Part shown: piece after piece, positions 12,401 to 24,352 of the stretch
Position numbering within the stretch: position 1 is the stretch's first letter
Layout of the letters: each line of letters begins with the position of its first letter
Assembly: GCA_054600435.1 (NCBI GenBank)
Contig: BAAIJX010000027.1
Span: 62,001 to 126,000 of the forward strand
Length of the DNA stretch: 64,000 nt
Direction of reading: 5' to 3'
Source of the DNA: Neophaeotheca triangularis
Lineage: Eukaryota
Translations under genes and position numbers: made by a program
The notes under the pieces: generated by a model
Seen by the model: only the letters and a program-made list of their open reading frames with translations
Told to the model about the DNA's origin: nothing
Databases searched by the model: none

Positions 12401-13945
12401 CTCTTCGTTCAGCTGCGCCTGAATTTGTCCGATAGCCTCATCAGTCACCTGTATGTTGTCGCCGCACTCAGCGACGAAGATCTGATACAGCGCAGACTGC
12501 TTCGAAGCAAGCTCATTCTCATTCTTGACGAAATCCAGAGCCTTGTTTTTCTTCTCTTCCAACCCATTCTTCTCCTTTTCGACATGCTGTACGCGGTTGC
12601 TCTTCTCCAGACAAACCTCATTCAGTGTCTCGGTCTCGGCAGCTGCTTCGTCGATTGGAGCCTTGTATTTGGAAGTTCCGATAATATCTTCCAGGTATTC
12701 GAGCAAGCCGTCGTCGTGTTCGTTGGCGGCTTTGGGTTTCATCTGCGCGATGGACTCGACTTCGCCCTGCAGAATGAGGAAACGCTTGTGATCCAGATCG
12801 ATGCCTCGGTCTCGCAGAAGCTGTCCTACCACCGTGAAACTGGACTCGCGCCCATTGATGTAATATTTGGAAGAATTGTTCTTGAAAGCTCTCCGCGCAA
12901 CGACCAGTTCCGAATCTGGAACTACTGTAGATCCACCTTCAGGTTGATCCATGACTTCCTGGAAATAGACCTCAACCTCGCAGTACTCTAGATTCGGAAA
13001 TTGCGCGGAATTGTGAATGAGTGCTGAGATCTTGCCCTGTCGCATCTTGCTCGCCCGGAACCCAAAGACGAATAACAGCGAGTCAATGACATTAGACTTT
13101 CCAGAGCCATTCGGCCCAACGACAGAAGAGAATGAAGCGTGAAAAGGCCCTACTTCTTGCCGCCCAGCGTACGATTTGAAATTCGTCAACGTAAGATATG
13201 TTATTGTCATTCGCGGTTTCGGTGCTGCAGGCTCTTGCGGTTGTGATTGTGGGAGGCCGGTATTCCGCGTCCTTACTACAATGTCCATGGGCTTCTCCAA
13301 TTGTGTATTTCGCGGATCCACCTTCTTGACCTCTGTTTGGGTCTCTGGTCTCGGTGTTTGCGAAGCCGCTGTTGCGGTCGTCTCGGTGGCATCTTCCTCA
13401 ATCGGGGTCGCGTTTCGTGACTGGGGCTTCGGTGTCTGCTCATTGATGGCTGTTTCGGTGATATCGTTCAGCGGCGTGCCGTGTCGTGAATGCGGTTCTG
13501 GCGATGCGGTAGGCTCAGGAGTGAGCAAGGAGGGATTGAAATCAGGTGCATCCGACGCTATCGAGACCTGCGAGACTCGGCTCTTACGCGCTTCTCTCGC
13601 TTGCTTCACAGTACGTCGCTTTGCCGGGGCCGCTTTCTTCGTGGGCGAAGCAGGTTCGTCTACAACGCTTTCCGGGGGACTGAAGACTTGCGACGGCTCG
13701 ACTGATTCGCTTGCGCGCGTGCGCCTTGCGCCCGTGGTCCTTCTGCTTGGTGTCGTACCCGTTGTCTTTCGTCGTGGGGACGATCGCGTACTCCTTGACG
13801 GAGCTGGCGTGAACTCTTCTTCATCATCGTCTTGCTTCCGGCTCATAATACTATTCTCTACGTCGGAGCTACCTTCATCTTCCACCACAACCTTTCTCCT
13901 GGAGGCAGCTCTTCGTGACGGCCGTTCCGGAGATGCTGCGGACAT
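9488..13945 (-). CDS. SMC4: Condensin SMC subunit SMC4/Cut3, 2 exons
   Basis: NFKSY, Walker A GPNGSGKSN, coiled coils, hinge, LSGGEKT signature and MDEIDAALD. Intron 9692-9769 is followed by VSIVAAYIKERTKNAQFIVISLRNNMFELA to TGA at 9488. Confidence 0.97.
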
Positions 13946-14278
13946 GGTGGCGAGCTATTCTGAATCGCGATTATATCCAAAAGTCCGGAAAGCTCGTCGT
14001 AGGTGGTTGCGGCGTGTTATCTGGCGTCGATGCTGCTGATCGATTAGTGTCGCATGTGTTGACGGACAGTAAACAATGCAGGCGCTAGCGCCGAAGTGTG
14101 GTGTCGCGTCGCGCTGATAAGCCGCCTTATCGCTCGGATTATGTTCCGAGGCAAACGGGCTTATGACCGGATAGCGCGACCAAACGCGACGTCCTGGTTG
14201 TACATCAATCACTCACCATCATGTAGCACTCATGTCAGCAGTGCCCTCACAAGGCATTCCCGTTTGCAAGTTTACAAA

Positions 14279-15912
14279 ATGAAAGCCTTCAACGTCATTG
14301 TGACCGCCTGCTTTTGCTGCTTCATGTCCAGCGAAGCCAGGCACAGCGAGCAGGCTGTCCTTCAACAAGGAGACCTCGATGACCACCGAACAGCACCTTT
14401 GAGCATAGCAGTCATCGGTATGAGGTTTGATTCTTATATGCCTTGAAACGTATCATCTGACCAATTTTTCCCCTAGGTGCCGGTGCAGCGGGCGCTTCTT
14501 CTGCTTACCACCTAGCACAATTCGCCTCCGATGCAAGCCTCGACCTTGACATCACTGTGTTCGACCGCAATGATTATATTGGTGGGCGGTCGATAACAGT
14601 AGACGCGTACGACGACCCGTCATTGCCAGTAGAGCTAGGTGCGAGCATCTTTGTCGAAATCAACAGTATCCTCTCCGGCGCAGCCAAGGAGTTCAACCTC
14701 ACCACCTCGGGCTTCGGCAACCAGAGGGCAGCCGCATCTGGGTCTGGGTTGGGCATTTGGAACGGCCAGGAGTTTGTACTTACACAGTCAGCTGGGAGCA
14801 GTTGGTGGGATTCCGCAAAGATACTATGGAAGTATGGCCTGGCTCCCATCAAGACAATGAAGCTAGTGAAAGCGACGATAGGAAAGTTTCTGGCCATCTA
14901 TGAAGCCGAAAACTTCCCCTTTGAGTCAATAACGCAGGTGGTGCAAGACCTTGGCCTTAGTGCTGCGACTGCGGCGACGGGGGAGCAGTTTTTGCAAGAG
15001 AACGGCATAGGCGGGCTCTTTGGAAGCGATGTCGTCCAAGCCAGCACCCGAGTCAACTATGCTCAGAACATGCCTTTCATCCACGGGCTTGAGGCTATGG
15101 TGTGCATGGCTACAGAAGGCGCTATGAGCGTCGAAGGCGGCAACTATCAAATCTTCGAGAGAATGGTTGCCGCCTCAAACGCCACAGTGCACCTTGAGAC
15201 CGCCGTCACTGGACTGGAGAAGCAAACCAACGGCTCTTACGTCCTCAAGTACCGCTCGAATGATACCAACACACTTTCAGCCGAGAGCCTCTACGACACA
15301 GTAATCTTAGCGGCACCCCACCAATTCGCCAACATCACCAGCAGCATCCCCAAATCCCAAATCCCAGACCAAATTCCCTACGTTCAGCTCCACGTCACAC
15401 TCCTCACCTCCCCGCACCCCCTGAACCCTACCTTCTTCAACCTCAAACCCACCGACGGCACGCCCCAAGTCATCCTAACAACCCTGCCACCAAACGAAAC
15501 CCCCCTCAAAGGCCCCTCGGGAGCGGGCTCCCCCGGCTTTTTCAGCATCAGCACGCTCTCCACGCTCACAAACCCACAGACAGGGCAGCACGAGTACCTC
15601 TACAAAATTTTCTCCCCCGCAGCACCAAATGGCACTTTCCTATCCCAGCTGCTTGGTCTTCAAGACTCTGACTCCGCTCCATGCGACAACGATATCACCT
15701 GGATTTATCGGAAGATTTGGCACAGCTACCCTTATGAGTACCCGCGGGTGACATTTGAGAACGTGTTGCTAGAGGAGGGTTTGTGGTATACGAGTGGGTT
15801 CGAGAGCGTGATTAGCACTATGGAGACGAGTGCGCTGATGGGGAAGAATGTTGCGAGGCTGGTAGTTGATACTTTTGCTAAGAGCGGTGGCAGCAAGAGA
15901 GTACCGGGGTAG
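14279..15912 (+). CDS. Prenylcysteine oxidase/lyase (FAD-dependent), 2 exons
   Basis: Signal-like N-terminus; intron 14418-14476 restores the Rossmann motif IAVIGAGAAG. Also VELGASIFV, QASTRVNYAQ, SVEGGNYQIF and STMETSALMGKNVA. Confidence 0.9.
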
Positions 15913-17592
15913 TTTTTTCGGCGATCCGATGGTATCGTTGAGATTTGTCAGTAGTTGGAGCTTTAAAGCGATGTAAGGGTACTGCTACTGCTGGCCTTTG
16001 CACCTACCTAGGCTCGCGATTCTCATTCTCTCGCTGCCATTTTACGTCGAGACTAGTTACTGTCGCTGTTGACGACAAGCTCTCATCCCACCCATTCACA
16101 TCCAACGTCAGCAGCAAGTCCCCCTCAGCTCGGCATCGAGCAATAACCACGCTACGGCACGCCACGCGACATATCCTGCCATCACCCACCTAGGTAGGCA
16201 GGGTAGGCAAGACACAAAACGAACGGCCTGCAGCTCAAGGGCGCCGCCGACTGATTGAGATGGCTACGGCTACCACCCAAGGCGAGTCCTGCCGACCACT
16301 TTGTAGTTGCAAAACCATCATCCCTGTAAGCTAACATGACAAAGACGCGGAAGCTCAAAGTAGCCGTGAGCCATTTTCTAGCGTCCGCCATCTTCTGCTA
16401 CACTGCATCCCGTTTGACGATCAAGAATTAAGGTACTTTGTTATGCATAGGTACAAAGTACTCTTTTCTCGGTCTGCCTAACGTTAGGTATCCGCGCGGA
16501 GGCCGCGTCGCCGACTCGCCGTCTTTGCGTCTACCTTACTGCAGTACATGTAAGATGGTGTGAACGGCATTCGCCGCCGTAGCGTGTCTGGCGTACCTTA
16601 TGTTGGAAATGCTGATGGTGACATCCGTGACGGCTTTTAGCAGGCGATGACACGAGGTACTTGAGTGAGTGAGGTAAAGTATGTAGTGGATGGAAGGGAA
16701 AAGGAGAGCTGCAAGCAGGGTCGTTGCCAAAATCCGCTGCGGCCGTAAGCGTAAGCATTGCGCCACGGAGTGCTGATGACCTCTTCTGGCCTTGTCAATC
16801 ACTGGAGGGAGCTGTTGGAAGCGCAAGAGAGATCGGCGGTGGTCGCCTTTGCTACGGTATGCATGTCAAGAACTCAAGATGATGGATCGCTTGAAAGGAC
16901 GAATGGCAGCATATCTGGTCGTCAAAGGAATGCCATCGTTACCACGGGACGATAGATTGTGGCGCGATTGTGCTGGTTTTAACTTTTCAGGTTCGAGGAT
17001 TGTCGACTCGGGTTCACATTTCACAGCACCTGGCAGTCGGGCTCGAAAGTATAGAAACGGAGTTGTGGCCGGAGCCGGGCAGGCGACTTGTTAGTTCCTA
17101 AGGTTGGAAGCAAACCGACCTGGCCTACCTCCAGCCACGACTTGGGTATTGGCAATTGCGAAGTTTTGCATCATTGTTATTGATTGATAGGCAGAGGAAA
17201 AAGTTTGCATAAGATACCTGAGATACCTATTCTTAATGGTGATTAGTCGTCTAGACCGTCCCCGCATACCAAGCTGTCAACCAGTCAACTTGAGCGGGTT
17301 CGAGGCTGGTCGCTGTTGATCCATTGACCTCAGAATGATGAATCCCATTAGCTGTGTCCGCAGGTATCTGTGTCGCATCATCGCTAGGTAGACTCTAGTT
17401 GTTGTCGTCGCGACTTTGGCTAGAACCCGGTCTCTTTCTATCACCGCCAGCGCCAAAAGAGCGAAGATTAGTGTAGCTATGTAATTAATTCGGTGATTCG
17501 GTAGGCTGGCAAGCTGGGCAATGGAGATTTTTCGGAGACTCCCCGTAGCGAAATGTGGAGTGAAGTATTGGTGTGGGGAGCTCGACAGTATT

Positions 17593-17906
17593 AGGGGGAG
17601 CGCGCACCGTGGCGTGGATCGCCTTGTGGGGTGGCCGGTTGGTCTGAGAGCAACTAGTGTCGGTCTCGGTTATGGCCGTCGGTACGTAGTTCCGTGCTTC
17701 AAGTTGCTTCAGACAGCCAATCTTACTGGGCGACGTCCACGACGAGCTCAACTAGTGCATACACTATACCATATCGAGCCGTGGATGGCAGTGATCCAGC
17801 GTGGATTGGAGTATTCCACGACGGAGCTCTTGCGGCCTTATTTGAGCCATATGAGTGGCCATGGCGGTCCCACAAAGCGATCCACGCCACGGTGCGCGCT
17901 CCCCCT
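17593..17906. mobile_element. MITE-like non-autonomous element with terminal inverted repeats
   Basis: 17592-17630 is the reverse complement of 17869-17907 (39 bp, 1 mismatch). Flanks fit an ATT/ATT duplication (element 17593-17906) or TA/TA (17594-17905). No transposase ORF. Confidence 0.7.
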
Positions 17907-19376
17907 ATTGCCACTTGCTAGGGCCCAGGTGCGACTGGACGAAGGACTCTGCTCCGCTGTCTTCTAACAAAGTATCTCCGCTGCCAGCCCTCAAGACGTG
18001 TCGATGATTAGTAAATGGGGGGAAAATGTTCACGAGATTCGGGAAATTCGGCGCCCAGGCGAAGATGTTCGTCCTTTCGATTTTCACAAAGTTTTTTTTT
18101 TATGCCGGAGCTAGCAGTGTGATTATTGCCTTTATACACAGAGGCATAACTTGACGGCTTACCGGCGAAAGTGTTGGCCGTCTCACACTTTTCTTGCGCA
18201 GTCAGACAACAACATAATAATAGTAATGAACAGTGTACCACGGTTTGTGTCGAGGCCGGAGTCGGCTTGATTAGTAAATTGAATGGCTCTGTATGAGCGC
18301 CAACCAACCAACAACGGGAATTGCAAATAGTATTCGTCTTTGTCCTTTGTAAGTACCTTATTTATTTGGGCCGTTGTGATCGACGAGTAATGGTTTGCAG
18401 CCTTGAGCTTAATTCGACCCCGTCACGCCGTCCCGCCGTCCTCTAGCCTCCCATCTGCCCAATCCTGCCATCCTTTTCCCATCATTTTTATCATTTTTAT
18501 CTTTGTTTTCCATGGAGTCAAGGCGGAGGTAAGAAACTTCTTCTACTGGCCATTGGGCGAACCTCTGGGCATTTCCGTTCAGGCCACCCCGTGCATCAAT
18601 CGGTGCTGCGGCCCGCGCCCACCAAGTACCCAGGCTTTGCTTTCTAATCCTCGCCGAAACTCCGTTACTCCTGCGCCGCGCTCGCAAGCTGGATGCAGTC
18701 CACTATCCGTCTTTCCACTCTGCAACCATCGATACCTGCGCAGCCAGCGCAAAGGTTATCCCAAATGGCGCCCCGGTTGCCCTTGCCATTGTCATCATCG
18801 GCGCGACGCTGCCCGAGCCACGCATTCGTCGCATTAGGGAGGCCTCGCGGCATCTGCATACGGAAGGCCTAGCTTTCACATCCCGAATGCTATTACTGAT
18901 CTGATGCATCAGGACAACACGCGCCTTGTAACCTTACCTCAGTCTCGAGTGTCTTAGTAACAACCCCCTCCCCCCCTAACCGTAGTTCGCTTTTCGATCT
19001 GATTCCGCGCCGCCGGTGCGCGCGATTAGGTAGGGCTGGCTTCCACATAATCATGATGCGGCCCCTGCTGCTTGCTTACTACTATATCTATCAACCTTGG
19101 CCCACCCCCCTCTCTGAGAAACTTTGGTGAGCGCATCGTTGTCGTTCTTTTGATACTTACCTCTCGATCTGGCCAAGCTTTCGTAGATTGGAAACAACCC
19201 ATCTAAACCCAAACCAGCAGCAACAGCGATCTCGGGTCCTTCCAGAACAAGCTGTACATTGATATATGCCAAAACAGAGTCGGCCCACCCAGTCGACTTC
19301 TCCAATCCAAACTCCAACGCCCGTCGTAGATCTTCTTTAGCTATCCCATATCCTATCCACCGCTCCCCGCCCCTCA

Positions 19377-20488
19377 ATGGCTCCTCCGGTACCTTTGTCG
19401 CCAATGCCCAAGGGCCAAGCACCGTCCAACTCGAGGACCTCATCCACCGACTCAGCCTCTGGGGAACCCAGGAAGAGAGTTTGCAAGGCATGCGATCGCT
19501 GCCGGCTCAAGAAGAGCAAGTGTGATGGATCGCATCCTTGCACGAGGTGCAAAGCCGACAATTCCATTTGTGTATTCGGGTATGTTGATCTATGCCATCC
19601 TCTGTACATGCTTACTGACGTGAGACGCAGCGAGAGGAAGAAGTCGCATGACAAAGTTTATCCCAAAGGCTACGTCGAGATGCTTGAGCAGCAACAATCC
19701 CAGCTTGTAAACGGTCTGCAAGAGATGTACAGAAGATCGTTGACTGGTATGGCATGGGAGGGCCAGCGGTTGCTGGAGACGAATGGACACCCCTTGACCC
19801 ACGACATACTCGCTGCGCTTGGACTGCTGGAACCGCGACACGACGGGAGTGGAGAAGCAGAGACATTCGAGGAGGATTGCTCAAAGCTGCAATCGCGGTT
19901 TCCCGGGGAAGCATCAAGCGCCCACAACAGGAGAGAATCGTTCAGTTCGGACTCAAACCACAGCCAGCATGACCAAACCAGCCGCGACACTAAACCAGAT
20001 CCCCCAGCACTAGCACCTCTAAGGCCACAAGCCTTCCACGACAGTTACCAAAGCGCAAATCCATCTTCAGTCCCCAGCCCGGCGTCACCGCAGCGGCAGT
20101 CCTTTCCTCCGGCGCAACCGTCTTCCATACACAACTCACCTCTCTCACAAGACCCAAGCTTCTACCAGGCCGAATGGGCCCAAGCCATACAAGCCGCAAA
20201 CCAACAATTTCAATCCAGATTCACAATGCAACAACCACCAGCACCTCATCATCGACATCAGCAGCAAAACCACAGATATGACTTCTCAACCCAGATGCAG
20301 CAGCAACCCCACCATCAACAACACCATCAACAACAGCAAGAGCAACAACAGCACATGAACTCCACCTTTTTCCACCAACGCCATCAACAACCCCCAGCAC
20401 CGACCATGGACCTCCCGGAATGGCAAACCCACCAATTCTCTTTCAACAACTTCAACAGCAGCAATGACGGCGCAGGGGCTGGCTTCCC

Positions 20489-20525
<37 letters not shown>

Positions 20526-20603
20526 TTACAGCCCGGCGGTATAGACTACATGCTCGACCCCATGGACGTGGACTTTGCCAAATTCATCCAGGTGCAGAAT
20601 TAG
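19377..20603 (+). CDS. Zn(II)2Cys6 transcription factor (Fcr1-like C6 family) with Gln-rich activation region
   Basis: KACDRCRLKKSKCDGSHPCTRCKADNSIC zinc cluster. Removing the 51-nt in-frame intron 19580-19630 (GTATGT...CTGAC...CAG) gives CVFGERKKSHDKVYPKGYVEMLEQQQ. PolyQ C-terminus. Confidence 0.92.
20490..20522 (+). repeat. (CAG)11 coding microsatellite (polyQ)
   Basis: Eleven perfect CAG units inside the transcription factor CDS. Confidence 0.95.
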
Positions 20604-20819
20604 AAGTGAGGGGGCGTTTGACACGACACGACATGCTCGGAAGGGAGATTGATGATGATGACGATGATGATTTCGAACCGCTGGGAGAACTAAACGCTAA
20701 AGGAGGAGTCGGATTGGATTGCGAGGGCTTTCTTCTTTTCTCGTCACTGATTTGCTGCGCTCTAGCGATATCGAAACCAGCGAGTGTGCTTCATCTTCTT
20801 GTACGTTTATTAACGAGCT

Positions 20820-22050
20820 GAATCGGTGGGTCGTCTTGGATAGAGACATAGAGACGTGAGAGCGCAATAACCAATAGATCGTTTGGGAAGTTTCTCATTA
20901 CCACCCCCATCACTGCTTCTTACCTAGATAAAGATTTCAGATCGAGTGTCTGAGCTCTACACACGACACTTTCCGAACCCCTGCTCCAAGCCTCAGCGAA
21001 AGCGTGTCGCGAGAAGCGGTCTCGACGAATCCCCCCCTTCTGGTTACCTCTGTCCGTCAGCCTATTTGCCCCGAAGCACCCACCCACTTCCCCATCCGTA
21101 TGTATGTAACCTTCGTCAATCCCGGACACAGACCAGAACACAACGCAACCACGTCGCCACACTACCGACCCCCCCGGCAATGAAAAACCCTCCCGACACC
21201 TACCGTAAGCTAGTGAGTGAGTGAGTGAGTAAGTGTTCCACCAACAAACAACTCCTCCCAATCGATCCAACGCACTCGCCCAGAATCATCTGCGAAACCA
21301 CGGATACCTTTGGCGTTCTCCGTTCACCGCTGACCTTACCAAGTCCCGTCGATCTTGCGAAGACAATTTGTGTTGCTGGTGGTGGGGGTTTGTGCCCAAG
21401 CTGTGATGTGATTGTCCGGTACGGGTGGTTGATCGACCCTTTCCCCCGGGTCTGTCTAGTCATTTTGCGGGGGCTTGGTGATCTAGACTGATGATTTTGC
21501 GGTGGGGGGTTTGTTGAGTTTGTCTTACTTGCTTACTCACCTATGTGTGTGAGTGAAAGGGAGGGAGGGGGTTTGAGTGTTTTTTGGGTTGGATTTGCTT
21601 GGGTATTTATTGGAGGGGCTGGTGATGTTGGGTTGGTTGATTGGCTACTTTCTTGCGTGTTCGGGGTTTGATGATTATGGTTTAGTAGTGTTTTTGCTGT
21701 TGCGATGGTTGGTTGTTGGTTGGTTGGGGTTGAAGGGATTGGCGCTGCTGTTTTTTGGAGTTGATTGCTATGGTTCTAAGCGTGCTGCTGCTAGGTAGGC
21801 TACATACTCGGGGAGCTGTGATATTCATTGATTCCATTCATCCATCTGCCGTGGTTAGTATCAACAGGTACGGCTAATGAAGTGGAAGGGAAGGGCTTAC
21901 AAGTGGGGGCGGGGTATATCCTTACTAAGCAACTTGCATTGGTCTTCTCTCTTCCTTCCTATCTACTGCCGTGGTCATCTTATTATTCTTATCTCCGTAA
22001 CATCTTCTCATCTTCACGAAAGAGAAGATGACACAGATGAATCTTCGACA
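20820..22050 (-). ncRNA. Putative spliced long non-coding (or micro-ORF) transcript
   Basis: Canonical 55-nt intron 21846-21900 (GTAAGC...TACTAAC...CAG) on the minus strand, further donor-like sites at 21535-21540, 21334-21339 and 20918-20923, and no recognisable ORF. Boundaries are approximate. Confidence 0.35.
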
Positions 22051-22370
22051 ACACTTTCTCGTCCTCAGCTGGGCACACCGCACGCAAAGGATGCATATAC
22101 CCACCATAATAGGCGCCGGTAGATGTGGGAAGTACAGGCTCATCATTAGCCAAAAAGCCGACCCCTCGTCGAGACTGACGTCGCTGAGGTCGGCCCCACC
22201 ATCATTGAGGTGGGTGGTCACGTAGCCCCCGATGTTGTGAAGATCACCTACAAGTAAACCAGACGTCCTTCTTTTTGTTAGAGCCGAATCAGACTGCTGT
22301 TTCGCACAATTGGAAACCTGCTTGAAGACCGACCTACATTCGAAACTCATCACAAACCAATTTCACCAAT

Positions 22371-23384
22371 ATGTCTTCCGCTGGACAATCAGACGCCTTT
22401 ACTTTCCTGCCTCAAGGCGGCATAATCCAAGAGTTCAGGGTTGGCGGGACAAACATTGTCCTGGGTTTCCCATCGGCGGAGACGTACAAGAAGCTAGGCG
22501 ATAAGACGCAGTTCTTCGGTGAGAACATTGGCAGAGTAGCAAACCGCATCTCCAACGCCAAGGTCGAGGTCAATGGAAAGACCCACAGCCTGGCAGCCAA
22601 CGATGGACCCAACTCGCTCCACGGAGGCGCAAAAGGTTGGGGCAAGAAGATCTGGGATGGTCCCCACCCTGTCAACAGGAATGGCAAGGAGGCCGTGCTC
22701 TTCAAATACTTGAGCAAGGACGGTGAGGAGGGCTTCCCGGGCACCGTCGAGCTGAGGACATGGTACATCGCCAGCCGAGAGCAGCAGGACGGCGTGGAGA
22801 AGACGACTCTGGAGATTGAATACGAAGCCGAGCTGGTAGGCGACGACGCCGAAGAGACGGCCATCGGCGTCACCAACCACAGTTATTTCAACATCTCCGG
22901 CGGCCCGACCATCGAAGGCACCCAAGCCACCCTCCACACCGTCCTGCACCAAGTCACAGACGATGCCGACATCCCCACGGGCGAGATCAAGCCCTTCCCC
23001 GGCATCGAAGCCAACAAGGAGTTTACCTTTGGTCCCAAAGAGCCCGCCATAGACCACTGCATGATCGTCAACCCAGACCCCAAGAGTGTACCAGTCGACA
23101 CCCGCAAGCAGCCCCTCAACAAACTCATCACCATGTACCACCCGAACAGCAAGATTCATTTCGAAGCCCTGTCGACCGAGCCCGCGTTCCAGTGCTACAC
23201 GGGCGCAGGCATCGGCGTGCCAGCCACGGATGAGACGCCTGCTTTCGGCCCGCGCTCCGGCATGTGCATCGAGGCGAGCAGGTATGTCAATGCTATCAAC
23301 ACGCCCGAGTACAGGGACATGGTCATTTTGAAGAAGGGGCAGACGTTTGGCAGCCGCACCATCTACCGTGCGTGGAAGGATTAA
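22371..23384 (+). CDS. Aldose 1-epimerase (galactose mutarotase family)
   Basis: GRVANRI, NSLHGG, DGEEGFPG, TNHSYFN and TEPAFQCYTG motifs; intronless 337 aa. Confidence 0.93.
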   Translation: MSSAGQSDAFTFLPQGGIIQEFRVGGTNIVLGFPSAETYKKLGDKTQFFGENIGRVANRISNAKVEVNGKTHSLAANDGPNSLHGGAKGWGKKIWDGPHPVNRNGKEAVLFKYLSKDGEEGFPGTVELRTWYIASREQQDGVEKTTLEIEYEAELVGDDAEETAIGVTNHSYFNISGGPTIEGTQATLHTVLHQVTDDADIPTGEIKPFPGIEANKEFTFGPKEPAIDHCMIVNPDPKSVPVDTRKQPLNKLITMYHPNSKIHFEALSTEPAFQCYTGAGIGVPATDETPAFGPRSGMCIEASRYVNAINTPEYRDMVILKKGQTFGSRTIYRAWKD

Positions 23385-24332
23385 ACGCGGCTCGTGTCCT
23401 TCGTCCTCAATCGCCGCGGTGTAGATAGCCTGAAATCTATTTTGCCAACCCCATGCAATAGTGAATGAATGTGGATAGGGAACGCAGAAGCATCTCATCA
23501 ATAGTCTCGTCTAGTCTCGAGCGTTGGCCTCCATAGCAACCACGGCAAACTGCCTTCGCAGTGATATCAGAATCTGGCACCTTTCTGCACTGCAACGTAA
23601 TCGTCAAGCCCAACTAAAAATCGCCTAGACCTGTCTTTTTTAATCTCACTCGAACTAACTCAGCTGCGAAGTAAGAGACTAACAGCCTCTTGCGCGTTTC
23701 CCATCACGCCGCGCACGTGTACGGCGGAGCCCGCATAAGACTCTAACGTCGCTAGCATTATTATAATAGTGATAAGTCGCCGGAACTCTCGCTCCACCTC
23801 TCTCGAAAGAGAATCATTATTCATCATCGACTTCTTCCCTCACCCACCGCATCTCAGCTCTCAGCCCGTCCAAAACAAAACCCCCGGGTCCGTCTACTGA
23901 TCGCGCTACACGCAACCAGCACTTCTCCGCCATCAAAAGATCGCCACAAGATTTCCGCAACGACTCTCCGTAAGGATCAAACCAAGGCTGTCTCTAGGCT
24001 TAATGGCGCGGCTAGCGAAAGTGTAGGCCCCCTCGAAGCCTTTTATGCCGTCTATCTTACTTTTTATCTTAGGCAAGCGCTAGCTCGAGACAACCACCGT
24101 TGGTGTTATGAGTCTACATCCTAGCTAAGGTAAGAGGTATTTAATATTCATCATCAATCACTAGGTAGGTATTCAGGGAGCTGGCTCTCGGCAACAAGCG
24201 CCGCGAAGGTTTTTCAGAGTTGCGGCTTTCGTTAGCTAGGTGCTAGCTAATAACTCACCAAGCATTGATCGAGGGTAGGTGTGTGGACCTAGTAATAATG
24301 CGCGGTATATTAGGTAGGGTTGCGGGACCTTC

Positions 24333-24352
24333 TTTTTTTTTTTTTTTTTTTT
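24333..24352. repeat. Poly(T)20 tract
   Basis: Homopolymer in the intergenic region between the epimerase and Dopey 3' ends. Confidence 0.9.

Noticed and set aside
18037..18101. GGGAAATTCGG resembling fungal RNase P RNA CR-I
   Set aside because: A long T run follows within about 45 nt and I found no matching CR-V/P4 partner.
22146..22160. CGGCTTTTTGGCTAA (- strand) resembling the U2 snRNA 5' stem
   Set aside because: The GTGTAGTA branch-pairing sequence and Sm site are absent.
22494..23501. 335-aa antisense ORF over the epimerase, and similar antisense ORFs over SMC4, RPA34 and the oxysterol-binding protein
   Set aside because: These are shadows of biased codon usage on the sense strand, with no protein-like motifs.
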